Below, one piece after another: positions 57,675 to 64,000 of a stretch of DNA of 64,000 bases; the first letter of the stretch is position 1, and the number at the start of each line of letters is the position of its first letter. Below the pieces are notes generated by a model. The model was not told the DNA's origin. It did not search any database and saw only the letters and a list, made by a program, of their open reading frames with translations. The stretch is from Blepharisma stoltei ATCC 30299 (Eukaryota; Protista; Ciliophora). Where the stretch lies: contig CBFDEM010000001.1 of the NCBI GenBank assembly GCA_965603825.1, forward strand, positions 62,001 to 126,000, given 5' to 3'. The translations under genes were made by a program, and so were the position numbers.

Positions 57675-57851
57675 TAGCTTCTGGTATGATACATTAATTA
57701 TCAAAAATTTGCCTTTTTTTAAAAAAAGTCCGTTGATTATACTAAAAAAAAATTTTATCATCGGTTAGCACTATTCTTATTCCCAATAAAGCCCTTTATA
57801 ATATAAAAAATAATTGAGAAAATTTTAAAGAGTTAATGAAATGAATAAAAA

Positions 57852-60800
57852 ATGAAATCTGGACTAATTTATTCTTTAATTTTCCAGATCGTCCAATCTC
57901 AACTTCTAGTAGACTTATATTATAGTGCAGATACAGATCTTAAGCTAAAGTCACATGTACATGATAAAATCAATGCAAATTATCAAAATCAGGTAGAAGT
58001 CAGAGAAAGCCTGGTAAACTCGGCAATTGATTTAAATCATTTTACAAAAATTCCAAATATTATTGTCGATTTAACTTTCAGTACCTCAATTTTAGCATAT
58101 ATAAAAGAGTTTACAGTTGAAAATCATATAATTTTGATTTTAATTAAGGAGTTTTCTAGCTCTTATAATGATTGACAATTCTTTAGCCATTCATCCCAGC
58201 AGTACCATAAAGCCGCTCTTAGCTGCTTAGTCTCTTTTTTTAATTGGGACCAATTTTTAATAATTTCGAGCAATTTGGATGAGAACTATAACGGTGTATT
58301 CTCAGTTAAAAAATTCAATGATTTCCATTTTTCAGAGATCAGTGATGAAAATCTAGTTGATTTATTTGTTGGTAAAAAAATTAAACCGACAGGAATCAGG
58401 AATTTAGTCATTTTAAATCAGGGAGAAACTACTAATAAGTTATTGAAAAGCCTTGTGAATAAAAGTATTTTCCAAAGCGGAAGTGGGATTATTTTAGGAA
58501 GTCGTAGCATATGGAATACAATATTAGATGGAGTAGTGGGCTATACTGAGTCAGGCTTAGAAAATGCTACTGATAATTATAGCTATGAAGCTTTAGCAAT
58601 TGCAAAAATGTTGGATTTGATACTTAGCTTTTCAGATTATTCTAATGCTTTAGCTCTTAGATCATTTTTAGAGAGGAATACAGTCAATCATTATTTACCT
58701 GGAAATTTTACTGTAATAAATATCCAAAATTCCCAAAAAGTCAATATTGGTAGCATTTCTCAAGGCTCCTTAGCATTTGCTAGCAATCCAATATTTCCAG
58801 GAAATTCCACCCTTATTCCCAATTCCCCATATACAAATGTCTCCCTGTGAATTGGAGATGGAGCCACAAATCCTCTTGGAGTTCCTGACAGTCCTTTCAC
58901 TGCAGCCAAAGACGGTGCTAAATATGCCTTTAAGACTGCAGAAGACACCCATTTTCTTGATGGCTTTAAAATTGACCTTGTCCATGTAGACTGTGGAGCC
59001 GAAGCATACGAGCCGACATTTTCTCTAAATTGTTTTAAAAAATTAGTAAATGTGCCAGGAATTGTGCATCTAGTGCATCCATTCGCAACTACTGCCTTAG
59101 GCGACATCATTTCAATGCGTGCACTAAATATTACAATACCTATTGTAGCTGATCACGTAAGCTTTGGAGTCCTTTCAAATAAAACAGAATACCCTTTATT
59201 TGTAAAAATAGCTGGGAATGATTTTTATAGGAATAGTGTTTTAGCTGACCTAGTCGTTATTTTTGGGTGGAAAAATGTCATTATAATTCCAGAAAATAAT
59301 ACTCCCAGTATACAAACTTGTGCTTATCTAAAAAAGCGTATGGAAGCTGCCAATGTCAAAGTGGTAAATAACCTTGAAAAAACGATGATTATGGATAATT
59401 ACAATCACAATTATTTTGATGAGCATAAAGATTTAATGCTTGGCCTGCTAAAGTACAAAACTCGACCGATTATTTTAGCTGTGACTCCTCCGTCTATTTT
59501 TTATTTTTTAGAAGACTTATACAATGTAGGAATTCGTCGGGGAGACCTGATTATTATGGTCCCGAGTAAAACTGCGTTTTTATATACAACTATACCTATT
59601 AAGCCTATGCTGGATAAAATGTCAGAACTTTTATATGGCGGAATTACTACATGTGAAGCTGAGTGGATTGGAGAATTTGGCCAAAATCAACTTAAAGGAT
59701 TTAAAAAAGTTTACCCATACATTAATGATGATTTCAGATGTTTTTCACTTGATTCAGGGTGGCTGGTACTAAATGCGCTGAAATTTACAATTGATCAAGG
59801 AGAAGATATTTATGATCCTTATTTGTTTAACATTCGCTTAAGACAGCAAAGGTTTTTAGGCTGCTCCGGGATAGTTTCTATTAGTTCTCAGTCGAATGAT
59901 AGGAATTCAGCACCGATTGGGATTAATAATTTTAGATATGACAGTGTAAATGATATTTTATATGAAAAAATGATAGCATCTTATGATCAAGGAAGTTTAC
60001 AGCTGTTTACGATTTATGATGACATGAATTGGTATGATAATACCACAAATACACCATCAGATATTGTAAAAAGTGAAAATGACTGTCCGTTTAAGGATAG
60101 TCAAATTGAATACTCAGCAAAAGGCGCTGGAATGTTCTATGGAATTGCTTTTGGAATTACTATAAATACAATGTTTTTGACTTTTTATATATGAAAAAGG
60201 TGGTGGAATTTAGAAATTCAAGTATTAACTGAGCCAAGGCAAATTCAATTTGAAGATTACATAGCAATGGCCATTATTTTAGTAGATTTTTTGCAGTTTT
60301 TATCAGTTGGACCAGAGATAAAGAATTATGATATTTTTACTTATACACTCACTCATTTTGCTTCTATTACTTTTATGACTGAAGGGAAATACCTATGAAT
60401 CCATTTATATTTTGCTATAGGTGGCCTTTGTGCATGGCTTTTGTTTGGGATAACTCATATTTTTCGTATTGGAGAAAATTTGCATAATAGCTTTATTGAT
60501 TGTTGAAAGATCTTATCAAAACTCTCATTGCCTATTCTTGGAAATGCACTGTTTTTACCAATTGTGTCAGTATTTTTAAATGTTATTCAATGCGACCAAC
60601 AAATTGGCTCAAAGTTGACCGAAACTTTTGTGAGAAAAGACTGTAACACTTTTTGCTGAAAAGATTCCCATATTTTATGGGCAACCCTCTCTATAATTTG
60701 CTTAATTCTATATTTGCCTTTTGCAATTTATTTAAAGCCTCATTGGGACTTCTATGAAGATTTTATCAATATAAAAACGCGTCCACTTTTTTTGATGGCG

Positions 60801-61304
60801 AAAAGTGTTTTCCAAGTCAGTATTATTGTTCTCAATAAAACAGTAAAGCCACAAAGCCAAGCCCTTCATGGACTCTTCTACAGTGTTTTATTATGTATTT
60901 TAATATTTATTTGTATGAAAAAAAAGCCTTATAATGAAAGCCGCATGAACCTTTGGCAAATAATTTCATATTTAGCCATTTTATGAAGCGTGGTTTTGTC
61001 TTCTTTATATTGAATAATTCCAACAAGGATGCCAGATGCTTGAATATTATCAGAATATTTAGGCTGAATTTTTTTATTTATTATTGGGCTTTATATTCAG
61101 AAAAATTATTGCCTAAGCATGCTTTTTAATGAACCTGGAATAAATATTGTAAAACTGTTTAGATTTTCTTTAGGTAAATCTATAGAAGCTTCTGAAATCA
61201 ACAAAGATCTTGAAGAAAAAAGAAATAAGTATAGCATGCACTTAAGTACCTCTAGAAATTTTCTCAGTAGCTCTGCACATCAAGCATTTATGGAAAAGAA
61301 TTAA
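57852..61304 (+). CDS. Receptor-family copy O, 1150 aa (a 1-nt deletion alters only the last few residues)
   Basis: All ORF pieces share one frame with TGA=W. The tail reads QAFMEKN* instead of ..IYGKELKVFEV*. Confidence 0.88.
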
Positions 61305-61999
61305 AAGTTTTTGAAGTTTAATAATTACTTTATCGATTTTATTAATTTGTATGAGTATTGATAATTTTATAGGATATCTATAAATAACAAAAGGCGAAGA
61401 TTTTATAATTAAAACTTTAAATATGAAATTATCAAAATTTGTTACAAGAAAATATATTTTTGATTAAAATTATAAATTCAAATAAGAGAATTGGTTCATA
61501 TTACTTTATTTTTATTTATCTAGTTTAACTTACATATAAATTCATAAATATTAACTATAAATTTCATTATTTAATTATTATGCTTTAAAAATAAAAAATT
61601 GACAATATTGAGAGTCTAATTAAGAAGAAATTTGCATTCAAGCTCTTTTCAGATACAATAAAAAATTACTTCTATTATATTTTTAATTAAAATAAATTAA
61701 TAAGATGGCTTTATTATTAAGGATCTTTTTTTAAATAAAAATAATAGCATTTTAATCAAAATTACCTAATAAAAAAATTATCCCCAACTATTTTCTCAAT
61801 TAAAGGGTAATTTTATTAGAAAGAGTCCCGAATGCGATCTGTTCAGCTGCAATAGGCATTGCAATATTTAATGCTCGTATCTTAATGATATTTCTTAAAG
61901 TTATAATTGGTTCAAGCTCAGCTTACTATCAGATAATATATTTTCAAAGTTCAAGATAAATGCTATTAATTTATTAAAAATTCTTATCGAATTATGCTT

Positions 62000-63795
62000 T
62001 TATTTTATAGCATATTTGTTTTCCAGCTTAAGTTTTTTATCGCCTAAGCTGAATTTAAAGCAGCAGCAAAAAGGCAAAATTCCTACCTGCACAACACCAA
62101 TAAAGATAGAGTCATTATTGAAAATTCTAAATACTTGATCAAACCCTTCCATTATGCATTTTCCAATGGGTTTTCAATTATTTTTATCAGCTATCTCACT
62201 TTCGTATATTTTTCCTAAGCACTCTAGTAAGTAAGCTCTTGAGTTCCCAGAAATCAATAATTTCTGGTTATTTATATTTAGGTTCAGAGAAGAGATTCCA
62301 GAATAAAATGAATTTTCAGTATCAAATTTATAAATTTTTGATAATTTTGTCCCTGCTATTAAAATATCTTTTTTAAATAGCAAGCAGGAGCATGTATTCG
62401 GTGCTTCAGGAAATTGAGGCAATTTATCCCATGAATGCAGAGACAAATCATATTTTTCTGCAAGATTTAAAGGGTTTGAGTTAGCATCTAGACCTCCAAA
62501 AATAAAAACTGAATTATTATAAAAAACTCAGACGCAGAGCAGCAATGAACTCCTTCTGGCAACTCTGCTTTAAATATACATTTTTTAGTATCAAAAATAA
62601 AAGCAGCGCCTGAAGCAGGAAAGCTTCCAAATAAAAATAGTTCAAAATTAGAAATTTGGACTACACAAACATGCCTCGTTAATGGTAATGGGCTGGCTAT
62701 AATTTTTTGGTCTTTTTTCCTAGTTTTTATGTTATATTTAAAAATTTTCGTTGAATTTTTTTCTGAGTCTATTAAATATAACGACTTATTCTCAAAGCAT
62801 GCAAAATTGCTTAAATTTTCATTGACAGTCTTTAGCAAATTTTCACATAATTTGGAATTATTATAATTTTTCTTGACATATTCATTATAGATTTTTTTAA
62901 AATCTTTATTTGTTTCGTTCACTAACGTGAAACACTCATCATTTTTGCAAATAAAAGAAAAAACTCTGAATTTATTTGCTATTTTTATTTTCACTTGCTC
63001 GATTTCTTTGATTAATTGTTTATATTCGCCTGTAAACGACATTGTAAAAAGGGCTTGGATTCTTTTTGATAAATCTTCTAATTGATTTTCAAAACAAAGG
63101 GCTTCTTTTGCTTTATTTTTTAGTTTTTCAACAATTTCAGTTTCTGTTGTGATTGATACTCTAGGAAAATAATAAATGATTTCCTGGCTTATATTAAGAT
63201 TATTCAAAATTTCAGTTTCTATGAGTTCAGCTGCTTTTGATTTTTCTTCTAGTAAAATACTTTGGAAAAAATTCGGATTTTCATATGGAATTCGGTCAAT
63301 TGAGATTATCTCTTTTATTAAGCTATAACAAGTATTTATTTTTTCATGGACCTTTCTACAATATTCTGATAAAGCTTTTTCTAAGTTTGAAATTTGTTTA
63401 CTGTTGCTCAAGATTTGAGATATTTTGAACTCATCTAATTCACTAATGATATTTTCCTTGTTTTCTTGATGATTACTAAGCAAAAATTCTTCATTATCTA
63501 TTTTTTGAATATTTTTTGCTAATTTTTCATTAAATTCTTTGATTTTGCTATATATTGTTATTGCACCTTCAAGGCAGCTATTTCAAAGCATAGAGATGCG
63601 CTTGTTTATTAAATCAATAATAAAAATTTTAGTTTCTTTGTATTCGGCAAGAAATAAGTAGCGAATTTCATGAGGATTTGGAATTTCTGAGGTTTTGTGG
63701 GCTGCTAAATGCATATAACAGATAGGCAAGACCCCAGAGCATGAACATAAAAACATTGCTTTAAATGAGCAATTTTTATAAAAGCAATGGGCCAT
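62000..63795 (-). CDS. Zn-finger-like N-terminus + coiled-coil + Kelch-like beta-propeller protein, ~598 aa; one frameshift at ~62521
   Basis: The N-terminus has C-x4-C...CSC...C-x2-H-x3-H...H, followed by an E/K-rich helical middle. Repeats resemble Kelch (LFLFGSF, (Y)NNSVFIFGG...AEKYDLSLHSWDKL, ILIAG...IYKFD). One extra T in a T6 run joins the two frames. TAA at 62000-62002. Confidence 0.7.
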
Positions 63796-64000
63796 TTTAA
63801 TTATATTAAATGCTATAAAAGGTCGATATTATAAAGAATTGCATTTTTACAATTATCTTATTTCAAAAAATTAATTATTATTTATATGAAAAAATAAGCA
63901 GCCTTCTATTTATCTAATTAATAGTGTGCCTATATTCTTCTTCCTTTATATCCAATCCATAATGCTCTATTGAAACCACTTCTTTTTCAACGACATCAAA

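Noticed and set aside
26234-59110. Antisense and off-frame ORFs (e.g. 26234, 34924, 35326, 40439, 45047, 49523, 58760 on the minus strand; 42251, 51263 on the plus strand)
   Set aside because: They are shadows of the real CDSs and recur only because the sense genes are duplicated.
929-61304. Dozens of short ORFs read as separate genes, or as a cluster of nonsense pseudogenes
   Set aside because: They join in one frame across TGA codons that align with TGG in paralogs.
4941-61304. Calling the family mGluR/GABA-B GPCRs, ionotropic glutamate receptors or receptor guanylyl cyclases
   Set aside because: Only the VFT-like ectodomain is shared. There are ~9 TM segments and no nine-Cys domain, S1/S2 or pore motif, kinase or cyclase domain.
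1-64000. Mycoplasma or mitochondrial origin, since both use TGA=Trp
   Set aside because: Long AT-rich spacers, no operon or Shine-Dalgarno pattern, many N-glycosylation sequons and ciliate-type gene families indicate a eukaryotic nucleus.
1-64000. Telomeric repeats, tRNA/rRNA genes, CRISPR arrays or intact transposase/RT genes
   Set aside because: None recognisable by eye.

Overview
AT-rich eukaryotic nuclear DNA in which TGA encodes Trp and only TAA/TAG terminate. This fits a heterotrich ciliate such as Blepharisma (inference). The supplied ORF track uses the standard code and so fragments the real genes. Read with TGA=W, about 60 kb of the window is one tandem array of a single intron-less receptor-like family (~1,140-1,200 aa). 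The architecture is: signal peptide, a degenerate ANF-receptor/PBP1-like (Venus-flytrap, VFT) module, a second complete VFT module, a ~9-TM membrane domain that is not a class C GPCR 7TM, and a short cytoplasmic tail. There are 9 full-length copies whose ORF pieces join in one frame, 1 copy with a single frameshift, 5 large pseudogenes and 4 small relics. The array shows birth-and-death evolution, chimeric and gene-converted copies, variation concentrated in the predicted ligand-binding loops, and several foreign insertions, two of them bounded by TA-containing direct repeats. On the left is a 5'-truncated Cys-rich membrane-protein gene joined abruptly to the first receptor pseudogene. On the right is a Zn-finger/coiled-coil/Kelch-like gene. 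I found no RNA genes, telomeric repeats or CRISPR arrays. Domain calls come from motif recognition by eye, not from database searches.
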